Assembly (NCBI GenBank): GCA_002633005.1
Contig: NMRA01000006.1
Location: forward strand, 1,322,442-1,386,441
Length of the DNA: 64,000 nucleotides
From: Phoronis australis
Lineage: Eukaryota; Animalia; Phoronida
Direction: 5' to 3'
Under the pieces are notes generated by a model. That model did no database searches and was not told the origin of the DNA. It saw only the letters and a list, made by a program, of their open reading frames with translations. How positions within the stretch are numbered: position 1 is the first letter of the stretch; every line of letters begins with the position of its first letter. Shown piece after piece: positions 51,560 to 64,000 of the stretch. A program made the translations under genes and the position numbers.

Positions 51560-52815
51560 ACTTTAAAGAAGAGCTTATCTGGATTTAATTTATTCTCACG
51601 TGCTTTGTTCAGGAAGCTGCTCATCCTCTGATCATGGGTCGCTTCGTCCTTGGCATGTACAGGATAGTGTATCGACTATTCCACAGACTTCGTCCAATTC
51701 CCCGGAGACAAAATCCACGCGTTCTTGAAACACGTTACCACTAGTACTGAGTCCAAAAGGGAGACGTTTCCAAGTGTACTTTCCTAAATTGTATTGAAAG
51801 TGCAAATCTTGCCCCCCTGCGAGTTCAAAGGGATCTGCCAGTATCCGCTTCTAGCGTCCAGTATGCTAAAAACTGAGATCCATTGATACAGGGAATCACG
51901 TCATCATGTACTGTTGGTTGCGGCAGATAGTACGGTTCAGATCACAGGGGTCCAGACAAATATGAAAAGCGCCATTGCTTTTCTCTGTGGTGACAACCGA
52001 GTTGACCCACGGGGTGTGCTCATTCTCAACTTTCTATGATTCTTCTCTCTTCAAGCTTGGCAAGCTCGGCCTTGTATTTAGCTTGAACATGAACGGGTGC
52101 TTGTTGTAGAGGATGCTGCACTAGACTGACACTTTTGTCAACCCTAATGTAGTGCTCTGGACCCGGAAAACACCCAATTCCGCTAAAGACATCACTTTAT
52201 TCCTTGAGAGGGTATACTCTGTAGTCCATGCCTAAGGATAATTTTGTTTTTAAGTGTTGGTCACCTTGAGGGAAAATGTCATCTTCAGCAGCCCTAGTTC
52301 CTGACTTGAAATATTGCCAATGATTACAGGGGCGTTACCGATTCCTGCGATTTCGGCATCAGTGGCAAGTAGTTGGGCACTATTGGCTGTACGTACACAA
52401 ATTTGAGTACTGCCCAAACTGGAGATCTCAGTACCAGCGTATATGTATGTAGAATAATAAGAATAAACTAGGTTTATTGGGAACACTGAAACTACGTCGA
52501 TCTGCAATCGTAAGATGGTCGTCCGTGTGTGCCCGTAATAACAAAGTCACTTATACTACAATGTAGGCCTTAAGTATAAAGTTTGGTTAAGGCGTGAACG
52601 TCTGGCTGTAACTGTAACCACACGTCCTTAGGTATAACATTAGCTTCTGCACCTGAATCTATCTTCGACACAAAACGGTGAGATGGGCCTTCGAACTCAG
52701 CTCTAGCTGGAGTGGGGACTTTCTCTGTGTTTGTGACAATATGCAAGACACGAGTTGGACGGGAGGTCACTTTTATGGGCCCCAAAAATGTAGTTGGCGG
52801 CTGCACAATGTTCAT
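51560..52815 (-). mobile_element. Decayed Ty3/Gypsy LTR-retrotransposon pol fragment (protease and RT)
   Basis: Aspartic protease FVSKIDSGAEANVIP; RT pieces FSILDARSGYWQIPL..TFNT and KDEATHDQR..FLNKAREN.LNPDK, with stops and frameshifts. Confidence 0.8.
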
Positions 52816-53249
52816 GTTCTCGGTGGGCGTATAAAGTAGATGTACTAGTTTCTTTCCAACATATGCTCTATCATTGTGTTTACCGACTACGGAAAATTAC
52901 TTTAGACACAATGCATCTTCCATTGTAACGGACAAGGTGAGTGTCGGATGAATTAATTTTCCCCGTTGGTCGTCAGCTTTTTATGTTTAAGTGCAATGAC
53001 GAGGTTACGAGAACTCCTTGGACGGTGTGAAATTTCGAGATCTATATGAACTTTACAAATATAGTTCCTAGCTGGATATTGACACCAGCTCTTTATACAC
53101 CTAAACAAGTAATAAACAGTTTCATCAGTATTTTATGATGAGATTACAGTTGAAATTTCTAATGATCCAGGAAATTTATCTTAAACGGCGGACGGAAGTC
53201 GATGTTGACTGATTCCTTCCTTTTTGTGACCCTGTGAATCATTGGTGCA

Positions 53250-53725
53250 TCCGAAGGATTCTCGTGCAGTGGTGTTGTTTATAACATTCCTTGTGCTTCG
53301 TGCAAGAGTGTTTATGTTGATAAAACTGGTATAAATTTTTGTTATAGAATGACTAGCCATAGTAAGGACGTTGAGGGCATGAACAGATAGATCTTTCACC
53401 AGTTCGGACAGGAAAGCCTCTCTTAGTGAATTTGGCATGTTAGCTATCACCGATCTCGCAAGAAAAAACAATCATATGATTGACTGGGATAATGCAAAAT
53501 AATTGATAGTGAAAGTGACACTAGAAAAACAAGAATGAGGAATCCATGTAAATTAACACAGTATCCAAGAGACGATGGTGGATGCAAACTTTCCAGTGTT
53601 TATTACGTCATCTTGACCCCACTATTTCACAGGGTCACACCGAGGAAGGAAGCATTCAACGTCAACTTCCGAAAACTTCTGCCGGTTAAGATAAATAACC
53701 CGGATTATTTGAAGAAATTTCTACT
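53250..53725 (+). mobile_element. Penelope-like retroelement remnant (GIY-YIG region)
   Basis: LVHPKD...SGVVYNIPCASCKSVYVDKTG ... NHMIDWDNAK ... RDDGG..LS, decayed. Confidence 0.7.
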
Positions 53726-55535
53726 GTAATATTTATGCAGCTAGCCTAGCTACCACGGGATAGACTTCTTGGAGTTATTAGCTAAAAAGCAATAAAATTC
53801 ATTGTGTTCCTGTGATTTCATTGCAAGTCGCCAATTTGCACCAGTTATACTGTCAGACATTTGATGTCGAGCCCATCCACAAAATAAATCGTTCGGGTAA
53901 CATACTTTTCTATTTTACACTTATGGGTTTCGGCCGCAACTGTTGACCTAGTGGGTTCAACTCCGCGTTTCTTTCAATTTTAATAATAATAATTTCTCGC
54001 CCTTTATTCATAGAGTTTCGAAGACCTGGAGTGAAATCTAAGGCAGTAGCAATCACAACCAGGGACACGATAGGCATGCTGACGTCATCGAGTGACTACA
54101 GTGGCAGTGTCGACTCAATCCCACACGCATGATTTCCACGAAACGTTGTACAGACATTGACTATCCTATCAAACAGGATATAAGCTACATAGTAAAGAGC
54201 AGCTTACACCGACTCTTGTCATGCCACTCAGACTGCCTAGAGCAACCCATCATCAAAAAAGTGATAGATCATGCAAAGGATTGAAAGCAGACTGGGTGAG
54301 GTAAATCCACAGGAATCAGTGCCACATGTGATGATAAGGGGAGCAGTGTCTGCGTACCAGTTTGATGGAAGTCTCAGGGCCATGATCAAGTTTTATTGCA
54401 GTTCCATCCGAATGAGATTCGCAGTCTACGATTTCGACTGGGAGGCAGAGGCTAGGGAAAAGAATTCTACTGAACAAGATATAACATGTTAATCATCCTT
54501 TTCATTTCGCCAATAAGCCTTCAAAGCGTTGCAGGAGTGCAGAGATCCAACTCTTGGAAGCAGTCATGTTGTCATTTCTGAATGCAGTCATCTCGCAGTC
54601 TTTTGTGAGGTCCTCCCACTGTAATGAGGGGTTGTGCATTACAACAACTTATGTTATCCCGCAAATTTCACAATTACTGAAGAACACAAGATGACCAAGG
54701 TTAATCTACGTTAGACGAGTATAAACTAGCGATTTCTGCTGTTAACGAGCAGTGAAAAGCACAGGCACATTGCAACAACGTTTGCAGGGGTTAGAGTATT
54801 CTTGGAGCACTACAGCCAAGACGGTGAGATCCATGAAAGACGCCGCGCACTACAGGAAGCGAATGTTTCTCAAGCGCAGGTACGCGATAACAGTCAGTAT
54901 TGGGCTACACTGCAGTTGGACAAAATGGGCAGACGTCCCAGTCAAGGAATTCAAGTGAAGAGATACGGAAGTGTGAGTCAAAAGCTTGGAAATGTTGGGT
55001 CCTCTCAATCAACGTCATTGATTTAAATGGCACCGAAAATGGGATTGAATACGACGAAAAAGGGGTTCTTGACAGTTGAGGTAGCGTGCTAAGCAGAGAA
55101 GGCTTGCGCAGAGATATTCCTGTTGTATCATTAGTATGTGTATGAATGAAGCTACCGCTAGGCAGATACTGATTCCATCTGTCTGTTAGGGAGCCTCTTG
55201 AGAAGTACTCTTAACCCCTAAAGACGATAATGACCCAGCTGATGAGAGCGTGGGAACCCATCGGGACCTGTGTTTAAAGGTAAAGGTATGTGCATGGCAT
55301 GTTACGTATTTTAAAGCAAAATTAAGTGTCAAAACTAGCCAATACTTCAGCTCAGAGCTGGTGCCAACCAAATCTAATCCTGTTAGGTACTTATGGCATC
55401 ACACACGGCCTTCCTTAGTTTTATTTCGGTTCTTTTCACCTCTTTGTTACCGATACAAGGATAAAACGTGTCCTCTGACTTCTAATCCTCATAGTGTTTG
55501 ACCTAATGACGTCATGTTATAGTTAGTAGTGACCT

Positions 55536-57990
55536 GTGCCCGGTTGCATGAAACAGTCCCTAATAAGGGGCATAACCAAGTTTCCAAACTAGTTAAGGGA
55601 AGTCCCTATGAGGATTTTGTTTAAAGACTGTTGCATGAAGTGGTCCTATACTCGATCCTTATTGGGGCTCCCTAAACCAGAAGTTCTCAAAACCGAACAA
55701 TCCCGGTGATCGCCGTGGCTAAGGTCGCGTAATATGGCGAAAATTATTATAAACGAGAGAATACCTGTCGCATTTACGTCCTCTGTCCCACCTTTTTAAT
55801 GGTTGTTCGAGTAGAGTGCACAGTCAATGTGCATTATCTGAGAGTTAGAGTTTTCTACTGCTGTTAAGAGAACAGACGATCGACTGCGGCCGCCCATGCT
55901 GATGTAAAGAAACAGTATGGCGGATAAGAGAAAAGCGCGGTTCAGTGACGCCGAAGTGAAGGCCATTATAGAGGGATAGCGAAAACAAAGGTACATGTAT
56001 ATTGATCTCCAACCTGAAGACTACCGCGACGAATAAGCGAAAGCTGGCGGTGTGGCAAAATGTCACCGACAACGTGTTTTTATTTTATTATTAATTTGTC
56101 ATTCTGTGATGGTTGTCTTTCATGTGGCAGACGACCGTGACACCCCATCATGACTTACGCAGTTGTGAATTAGGCCTAACGGTGTCACTGTAACAACTGA
56201 ACGAATCGCAGTTTAGCTTGAAATGGCATATATCACATCTCTTATCTGATTTTCAAAATTCAAAAAGGACATATAACCTGCAAACTTCAGAAAGGTGCAG
56301 CTATGCAATTTAAGAATTTTCAAAATGAACATTTCCAAAATATACTTGTTGTCCCGGGCCCTGTGTTTACAACCGTGAGGGGTAGTTTTGCACAAGTCGA
56401 TATCCAGAGTTGAAGCTCGGGATGATTTCTTTGAAGACGGGTTGGTTTTAAGGTTAGGGACTGTTAACCTATTATGTCATCCAAGATTATCCAACCCTTA
56501 CCACCCTTCCCAATTTGCGATCATCTGTCGTTATGACCTACCAGCTGTTCAGCCTCTACATGATTACGTTTTTCACAGTCAAATCCCCTGTTTTTGGAAA
56601 ACCCGATAATTCCTTGGAGATCCCGTTTTCACGATTCTAATTACACACAAATGCCTTTTTATAAGCGCGGGTTGCAATTGCCGCTGTTAAAACAACAACA
56701 ATGAAATAAAGTACAACATTTCAACTATGAAATCGTATTGTGATGGAGATAAACCACAGGATAACATCACCAGGAGTCGTCCCCCTCCCACTGTCAACTC
56801 ATCGTCATTCTTTCCACCCATCCACCCCCATCTCTAGTAATGCCGTGACATGTGAACGCTCCCATAGCGAGTGGTACGAGTATTGGAATGGGAATGGTTT
56901 TATGAAGTCCAGTTTTCGGTGGCGTATTAGCTTTCATCATGCGAAGTGTTGTGTGTACTAATGTACATGTATCTCTCTTTAGCTTTACCGCAACAGATGT
57001 ATCCATGTTATGACCATGGGGTGCCTCTGCTGCGGCGCCTGGTGGAATATCTGGGCCGCCCATTTCTGGCCATGTTATGTAATACGCAGCAGGCAATGGC
57101 AATTGACTATCACAAGCTCCTCCCCCTTGCGTAGTGTCGAGTAACAAACGATAAAATTTACTCGGCGACGTGTTGTTTGTTGGGTAAAATGACGGCTTAG
57201 AAACGAAGGTGTGTCAATAATGATGCGTTCTGAATGGTCAGTTACGCCGTCACTCAAAATCCTGGCGATAGGTCAATTTTACAGGCTCTGCAAGGCTGGT
57301 ATCTCAGCTCGTGGAGGCAACTGAAAAGCCGCTTCAAAATACCGTTACATCGTTCGATGATAGACCTCGATCGATGGAGCAAAGTTGTAGGCATCTTGAC
57401 TAGGGGTGGTCACATTCACGAATGGGGAAAGCAGCCTGAGTCGCCTAGGATGATGCCGTCGAAAGGCAACGGGCGCCTCTCGAATTGTTCCCAGACAGCT
57501 GACTCTCAAACTTTTCGCGTCGTGAACGCTCCCGGGAAACTTTGCTACTACATTCATAACTCGCAAAGAAGCGTCACAAATTAATTGTACATTCATGCTG
57601 TGATAATTTTTACGATTCAGATACTCGTGCTCATTTACGTGAGGAACTTGTATCCGGACGTGTGTGCCATAAATTCACCCAATAACACAGGGGAAGTGCG
57701 CCATTTGAAAAAACACTTGCTTGTCATGTTGAATCAAAGCAAGGTCACCAAATTTGTTCCAAGAGGAGCTTATCTCTACCAATGCATCCCTCACCCGATG
57801 AATTATTCTGCACACCTTAAACTTGTGTACATTCACGGTGTCGCAAACAACGATTTGGTGGCTGCCAGTTGCGTAAATCTTAGAGCGAGCAATACCTACA
57901 AAATTTTTACAAAATATCTGCTGATGCGATTGGTGTGTGACATAATGTTAAGTAAGAACCCGGCCAAACTATTCTAAGGCAAATTGAAGA
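55536..57990. mobile_element. Decayed PIF/Harbinger transposon: Myb/SANT gene (+) and HARBI1-like transposase (-)
   Basis: Terminus gtgcccggttgcatgaaacag; + strand MADKRKARFSDAEVKAIIEG* from 55917; - strand VLLALRF.ATGS..., FPCVIG*IYGTHVRI...YLNRKNYHSMNVQLICD...AKFPGSVHDA, TIERCNGILKR.F.CLH. Confidence 0.85.
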
Positions 57991-58598
57991 TTTGTACTAT
58001 GTTAATTTGTAATCGGCCGATTTCGGCACTGCCTGTCACGAATCATTATGAGAACTCTTTCAGTGAAGTGGCATGGCCTATTTTGTAATTTTTCCTTAAA
58101 AATTTGAAGACTATCAAGGCATTGTATCATGAGCCATAAAGACCATGCATGCATTTTTTGAGAAAACTGGAGACGCCAATCGTTGAAGCCTCTATTCTAA
58201 CTATTATTCAAAATGCGTAAAACAATTATAAAAATAATTAGTGTCCGCATACAACTATCTTTGGTCTAATCAAAATTTCGCCAAGATGAGGTAAATACAC
58301 GGGTTGCCATTTAGTTCAAAATCCAGCGACACCACCATAACCAATTATAAGGTCTACTCACCGCTATTGCAGGATTCACCTTCTTCATCGGGGCACTATA
58401 TGCTTGGTGTAACCAGTATAACAACAACAGTTGCCAATCTCGACCTGTTAGGCTGTCAAGTTAGGATTCTTTTCATTGAATGGAAACAAAGTGGGTCTGT
58501 TAAGCCTTGTGTAGTGACTGGTACCGCAGAATATTACGTGCCAATATTTGCGCCCCCTATGGCTGGGAGCATCCTTGAAGTAGGTATACGGCCAGTCG

Positions 58599-60110
58599 GC
58601 AGAATGGTGAATGTTGGCCAAATCCCCTTTTTGTCCACTGACGTCACACGCATGCTGGCGCCCCCCAATGGAGGTTAGGAGACTTTGCACTGGTAGCCTG
58701 CCCTTGTAGAATCTGCAGTTCGTTTACACAACTGGTAACTCGACTCAGGGTGATGACTGACATCATTTGTATCAAACAAAGATACTCTATACCGATACAT
58801 TTGCTTGTATGCCAGGTCACGGACAGTGCTGTTCTTGAATTGAATTATTTACGGATTTTTAGGCAAACCTTTGGCAAATGCGACTCACCGACTTAGAATG
58901 AACAAAACATACCATTTTGGTCGACATAACTTTCAATATTTTAAAATGAAAAACAAAATAACCGAATGCTCGGCCGCATTCAACTCACAGGTAGCAGACG
59001 TCTTATCACTGCCGTAAATCATGAGAAGCTCAAACGTAAGTTTTACACAACCTCTGCATACTTAAGTATCGTGGCCATTCGCAGTAGGCCCCAGTACCCG
59101 CGGCGGACACAGGACTCAGTTCATACACTCAACTAAGCAAAATTATTTATCACGCCGCAACCTCAGAATTCACTATGTAACATACCATAAAAACATTCTT
59201 AATTCTTAGATTTTGAGGATTGACGAAAGTCACGATACATAGAATTATCCAAATTTGTGACTTGTCTGATGCTACTTGGTCCGTACTGATAGACTAAATC
59301 AGTGGTTAACTCGGTTTACGAGTTCTCATGGCCTCCACTGGGAGCGCCAGCATGCGTGTGACGTCAGTGGACAAAAGGGGATTTGGGCAGAATGGTGAAT
59401 GTTGGCCAATTCCCCTTTTGTCCACTGACGTCACAAGCATACTGGCGCCCCCAGTGGAGGCCCTGAGAACTCGTAAACAAGCATGCTGGCGACTGTGGTT
59501 AAAGTATTTTTTATGATTTTTCCAGAGTCGCTATGTTTTAGTGTGTTTTTTTAAATAACGTTGCATGTCATACCTCTCAGAAAATTAATATTGTTCCATT
59601 AAATTAAGAAAATTGGAATATTCATTCTAGCGATCCTGCAACACTACGATCCAACTGTTCTTCTGTGTTACACACGCCGGCAAAGCCAAAGTTTTATCCC
59701 CACGCGAAATAGCCTCGTTTCTGACGCTCGACTAAAAAGGAATCTTTCAATCATAATTAATGGATACTATATACCATTCATTAGTATATACCATGCATTA
59801 TGTTTTTAGAAAAAAAGCGATACTCAACGTCCCACAATAAAGACAAGTCTGTTCGCCAGCTTGGCTCGGCTGGATACTACCGGGTTCATGAACTCGGTTT
59901 ATTTACGAGTTCTCAGGGCCTCCACTGGAGGCGCCAGTATGCTTGTGACGTCAGTGGGCAAAAGGGGAATTGGCCAACATTCACCATTCTGCGGGATTTG
60001 GACAACATTCACCATTCTGCGGGCAGAATGGTGAATGTTGGCCATATCCCCTTTTGTCCACTGACGTCACAAGCATACTGGCGCCCCCAGTGGAGGCCCT
60101 GAGAACTTGT
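58599..60110. mobile_element. Cluster of MULE-like MITEs: copy B (58599-60020), related copy C (59387-59992) nested in B's right TIR, and a partial copy D from ~60023
   Basis: Same TIR family as 49973-50771; copy C is flanked by a 9-bp duplication gggatttgg (59378-59386, 59993-60001). Confidence 0.85.
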
Positions 60111-60649
60111 ANAAAGCATCATTGCATCCAGCGCCATCTGTTTGCCGTAAAGGTTTTGGATGAGCGGGTACCTCCGACCCACCACTGCATCACCAAGAAA
60201 GAAAATTTAAATATGCCGTCAATACTTGGTGTAACCATGCCAATTTTAGGAGTAAATGTTTCCAGTTTATAGTAGAGGAACACGAACCCTTTTGCCCCCT
60301 ATCTAAATCAACCACTGAGATTGTGGCTGCTCCGCTCCGGCCGTGACTTTGATATGATGAACTATTACAAATTTCTTAAGATATTTTCGGGAGATAAGGA
60401 ACGCAAGAAATACAGCTTAATAATTGGGAATTGTATCAAGGAGTCTATAATTTTTGGAATAAGAGTTTTGCATTGTAACTGGAAAAAATGAATAAGAGTT
60501 ACAGAACACTCACCTTTCTGATGCTGTAGCTTTGGGTTTTACAGGGATGTAGCCTAGCAATTAGTTGACATTTGACGTGTGAGTTAAAAACACTACATGT
60601 ACAGACATTCGGAGTTCATCAGTGAACGGGTCGAGACGTCTGCTTAGAA

Positions 60650-61398
60650 TTCGGCAAACAAAATCTGGAATACCATTCGGGGATTGAGGAATTATCGATG
60701 ACCAAAACTATGATGTAAAATGCACCTGGCAAGGAAGCAAACTGTTAACTTTCCTCCCCTCCTCGTCTTCGGGAAACCGTGCAAACCGTTGCACACCCAC
60801 AGTAATCAGGGCAGAACAAACTTCCCACACGGCTTTCCGCACAGTTGCTTTTGACACTTGTAATGACTCGCCGACAAGTGATCAGAAAGCGAATCGTAGA
60901 GTAAGAAGGAGTTTATGAATTAGCGGGCAATGAAGTGCGGAGATATGGCGGGTTAAGATGAAGATTTGAAATGAAAACTATTGTCTCTGGACTGAAACTG
61001 AAGCGCTGACATATGGTATGAGGACTTAATTTTTCCAAAGGCTTGCTGTGTCTCTCAGTGGTCTTTCGATATTTTCTTCGCTCGCTCGTTGAATAATTTG
61101 TCTGTGTTTCACATCCGCCGCATTTATTTTCGAGTAAGGTTTCAAACACACTGCCAAACGAAACTTGAAATTTGGAGTAGGTACTCGGAATTTTTACTCA
61201 AAATCATACTCGAAATATAGATAAGATACACTTACTTCGAGTTTACTCGAAAAGTGATTACGTGCTCGAAATTTCGCGTACAAATTTTTCGAGTATGACA
61301 TTAAATTCACCAAAGATGAGTTTGTGTGCTCGTGTTGAGTATTTAGTGTGAATTTGAGTCTTGAGTCGAGTCTGAGTGCGGAGATTAGAAACCGGGCC
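60650..61398 (-). mobile_element. Second Harbinger family remnant (HARBI1-like N-terminus and HTH region)
   Basis: Terminus ggcccggtttc at ~61398; RRKYRK...KPLEKLS...ICQRFSFSPETI and VGESLQVSKATVRKAVWEVCSAL...FARFP. Confidence 0.65.
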
Positions 61399-61499
61399 TA
61401 GAGTTTACTTTTATGGTGGAGAAACATTGCACGGGTGTTGTAAGCTACGAATTTGCATATAATTGGTCTTGACTGATTAGGTTTCTTGAGTTTCAGTGT

Positions 61500-61900
61500 G
61501 TGGAATCTACAAATGTCTTTGTAACCAACCTCTATATTTCACTTCTTACCCAGAACAATAACGGCTTTATCGTCCCCTTTGCGTTCATTTTCTGGCTCGT
61601 TGACTCCGTGAATTACTGTTATTATTTCTACGAAAATATTGATCGAGACTGCCAACACTGTTTTGAAGGTCACTACTTTCACCTTGAGGTCACGAATCTG
61701 GTCGTTCTTTTCCTTCAGTTGGATTCGTGGACGCTTTTAATTTTGTTTAGGGCAGGTTCAAACAGTTGCTCACGCAGTTTTAATCACTTTGGGCGATGTT
61801 AGTGCCTTTCAAAACCTCAGAATTTCGGGATCGTTTTCGCATGTACTGCGATCTGCCTCATGGACGGGGATAATACTTTTAAAATCCAGTGTAGTTTGTG
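61500..61900 (-). mobile_element. LINE ORF1-like remnant
   Basis: QLKEKNDQIRDLKVKV...LDQYFRRNN..IHGVNEPENE resembles the coiled coil plus LEQYSRRNNLRI.G.PE motif of LINE ORF1 proteins; decayed. Confidence 0.55.
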
Positions 61901-62987
61901 TCATCTTACTAATCGCTGTAGCGGCGGTTGGTAAGAAAACCTCCAAGATCTGACTTCGTACTCATTTGTTGACCACAATGAAAACGCAAACACGCAGCAA
62001 ACCTCTACACGCAATAAGCCAAAAAAGATGAACTGGAAGGAAAATAACAACTCAGTGCACTAAACAATCATGGCTAGTTAGAATACAAATACAAAGCAGA
62101 ATAAGGCCACGCCCAAACTTGTATTCAGAGTTATATTGGAAAACATAGCCCCATACAGCATTCAATACACGCAGGATAGTTCTTAAACAAAATGTTTCCA
62201 CTACAATTCGATCAAGATAAAAAGTTTACTTACATCATTTTACTCTCATGACACAACCGCAGCGTGCGATACATACCTGTGACCTGTTCATTCAACACAG
62301 GTTTTTCGTGACTGATCAATAGCCATTCCAAAATCTTTAGCAGAAATATGTCGTTTTCAACATAGCGAATGATGGTATTGTCTACTCTTTCTTGCCTAGT
62401 TATTTTTGTGCCATGTTGGTATACAAAGTGATCTTGAATGGACCCCCATGCACTTAAGTGCATGAACAACCGTCGCGAGAGAGAACACACCGTGTGTCCA
62501 TTGTAACGCTGTTCACGAGAATGGGGTCGAAGACATTCGTCCATATGACGGGATGTTGTTTACCAATTCGCCTTTCTCGAATTCAGCGACCCCCGACAGA
62601 ATAAGTATTTTGGAAAAAGTGCTTTCTTGCAACTAAAGTTTAAGAACATTTATAGACAAAGGAATCGTGTTAATTTTGAACTGAAGCAAAGAAGAAAGAT
62701 TGAGAACCTTATGAAAATAAATTTTTTTTGATGTCTTAGCAAATAAGAATTAAAAGGAGGCCACAGGTTTCGTGTTAAAAGCAACGCGAATCTCTACGTA
62801 AAATACTCGAACACTATCTGGATTACATCGCAAACAACAACGGCATGTATGATGCGGTATACCGTATTATAAATACGTGATAATTCACGTTCAAGTCGCT
62901 TTGCGAAACCCCTCTAATGACGCAACGCTCTATAACGCATTTTAAGTGCATGTCAGATAAGTAAATTCTTGGGAAAGAGTCGAATAT

Positions 62988-63900
62988 GTTTGAATAAAAG
63001 GTGGCGGACATTGCCGTGGAGATAGCGTTTATCTTAAGTAGATTCTGGTGTCAAACAGCTTTTCCCCGATAAGAGATCGTAAATTGTTGGTGAGATTCTT
63101 TTTTGCAAGCTTCAAGAATGAAGGTCTTCTTGAACTGCCCTCTTCCTCAATACTCACGTCTACGTCCCCGACCCTTTTTCTTCGTCGGAAACGGCATTTT
63201 CAATTCACTGGTGTATTAGTAACTTCATGCAATTATATGACGCACCACTGTACATGTAGACGCACTTTTAATGATGCCATGTGTGTGAATTCGTAGCTAA
63301 CACCTGACCATCTTTGAATAAAAGGTGGCGGAAAATGCCGTGGAGAAAGCGTTGAGTTCTCAGCTTAAGTAGATTGTTCTGTCAAAGACACCTTTTTCGC
63401 ACCAAGAACTCACAATTTTTTGATGATATTCTTCTTGCACGCTTCAAGAATGGCGGTCTTCTTGAATTACTCTCCTCCTCAACATCACCGTTCACGTTCC
63501 CGATCCTCTTTCTACGTAGGAAGCAGAGCATTTGGAATTAAGTATTACTGACATCACACAATTTTATGATGCAACTCTGTAGATGTATGTCGTAATTTAA
63601 ATTATTCCAGAAGAGTAAATTCGCAGCTAACACTCGGGCATCTTTGAATAAATTTGGCGGTCGTTGCCGTGGAGGAAGTGTTGAATTTTTAGCTTTAAGT
63701 ACTTGGTGCTGTCAAACACCATTTTTCCCGCAAAGAGGTCACAATTTGTTGGTGTTATATCTCTTTAAACGCTTCAAGAATGATATTATTCTTGAATTAC
63801 TCTTCTCGTCACCGTTGACGTCCACGTCCACTACCCTCTTTCGCTTTGGAAAGCACGGCATTTTGAATTAAAAGATGTACTGCTGACAGCATGCAAGTTG
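62988..63900 (-). repeat. Diverged tandem array, ~330-bp unit x3, each with a homologous small minus-strand ORF
   Basis: Unit anchor tttgaataaa.g.tggcgg...tgccgtggag at ~62988, ~63312, ~63643; homologous ATGs at 63197, 63531 and 63861. Confidence 0.75.
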
Positions 63901-64000
63901 ATGACACCACCTTGTGTGACACAATTGAAATTGACCTATCGCAAGCTCCGCCCCTATGCGAACAGTCACGTGATACCCGACAATCGAACGAGACGTGCGT

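Noticed and set aside
54690-55030. Possible RTE-type LINE 3' remnant
   Set aside because: Only faint similarity (RV.LEHY..DGEI..R, YW..L) across several frameshifts; not enough to call.
55536-61398. One large Harbinger element spanning both transposase remnants
   Set aside because: Each remnant has its own HTH-region sequence (57800-57890 and 60760-60900), and the termini share only gcccggtt, so they are two families.

Overview
Eukaryotic (most likely invertebrate animal) genomic DNA, AT-rich and dense in transposons, with one assembly gap (N-run 44861-45780). Three spliced host genes lie on the minus strand. (1) The first coding exon of a thimet oligopeptidase/neurolysin (peptidase M3) gene, 405..79, which continues off the left edge. 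(2) A complete 5-coding-exon, ~1051-aa single-pass receptor, join(20579..20227,19233..17574,12699..12418,11604..10942,6134..5937). It has a bacterial PstS-type phosphate-binding ectodomain, a TM helix, an animal receptor-guanylyl-cyclase kinase-homology domain, a coiled coil and a cyclase domain missing most catalytic residues. This is the most unusual item in the window. (3) A complete 9-exon DEPTOR-like gene (DEP-DEP-PDZ, ~390 aa), join(37535..37444,36989..36805,36540..36420,31593..31412,30477..30313,30104..29991,29198..29128,24993..24889,24401..24264). Introns and intergenic DNA hold hAT, Kolobok, P-like, PIF/Harbinger and MULE-like DNA transposons or MITEs (several with readable TIRs and TSDs), Penelope, Gypsy and LINE remnants, and a ~330-bp tandem array carrying small ORFs at the right end. 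All gene models and family calls were made by eye, from motif recall and GT-AG/phase consistency; no database searches were run.
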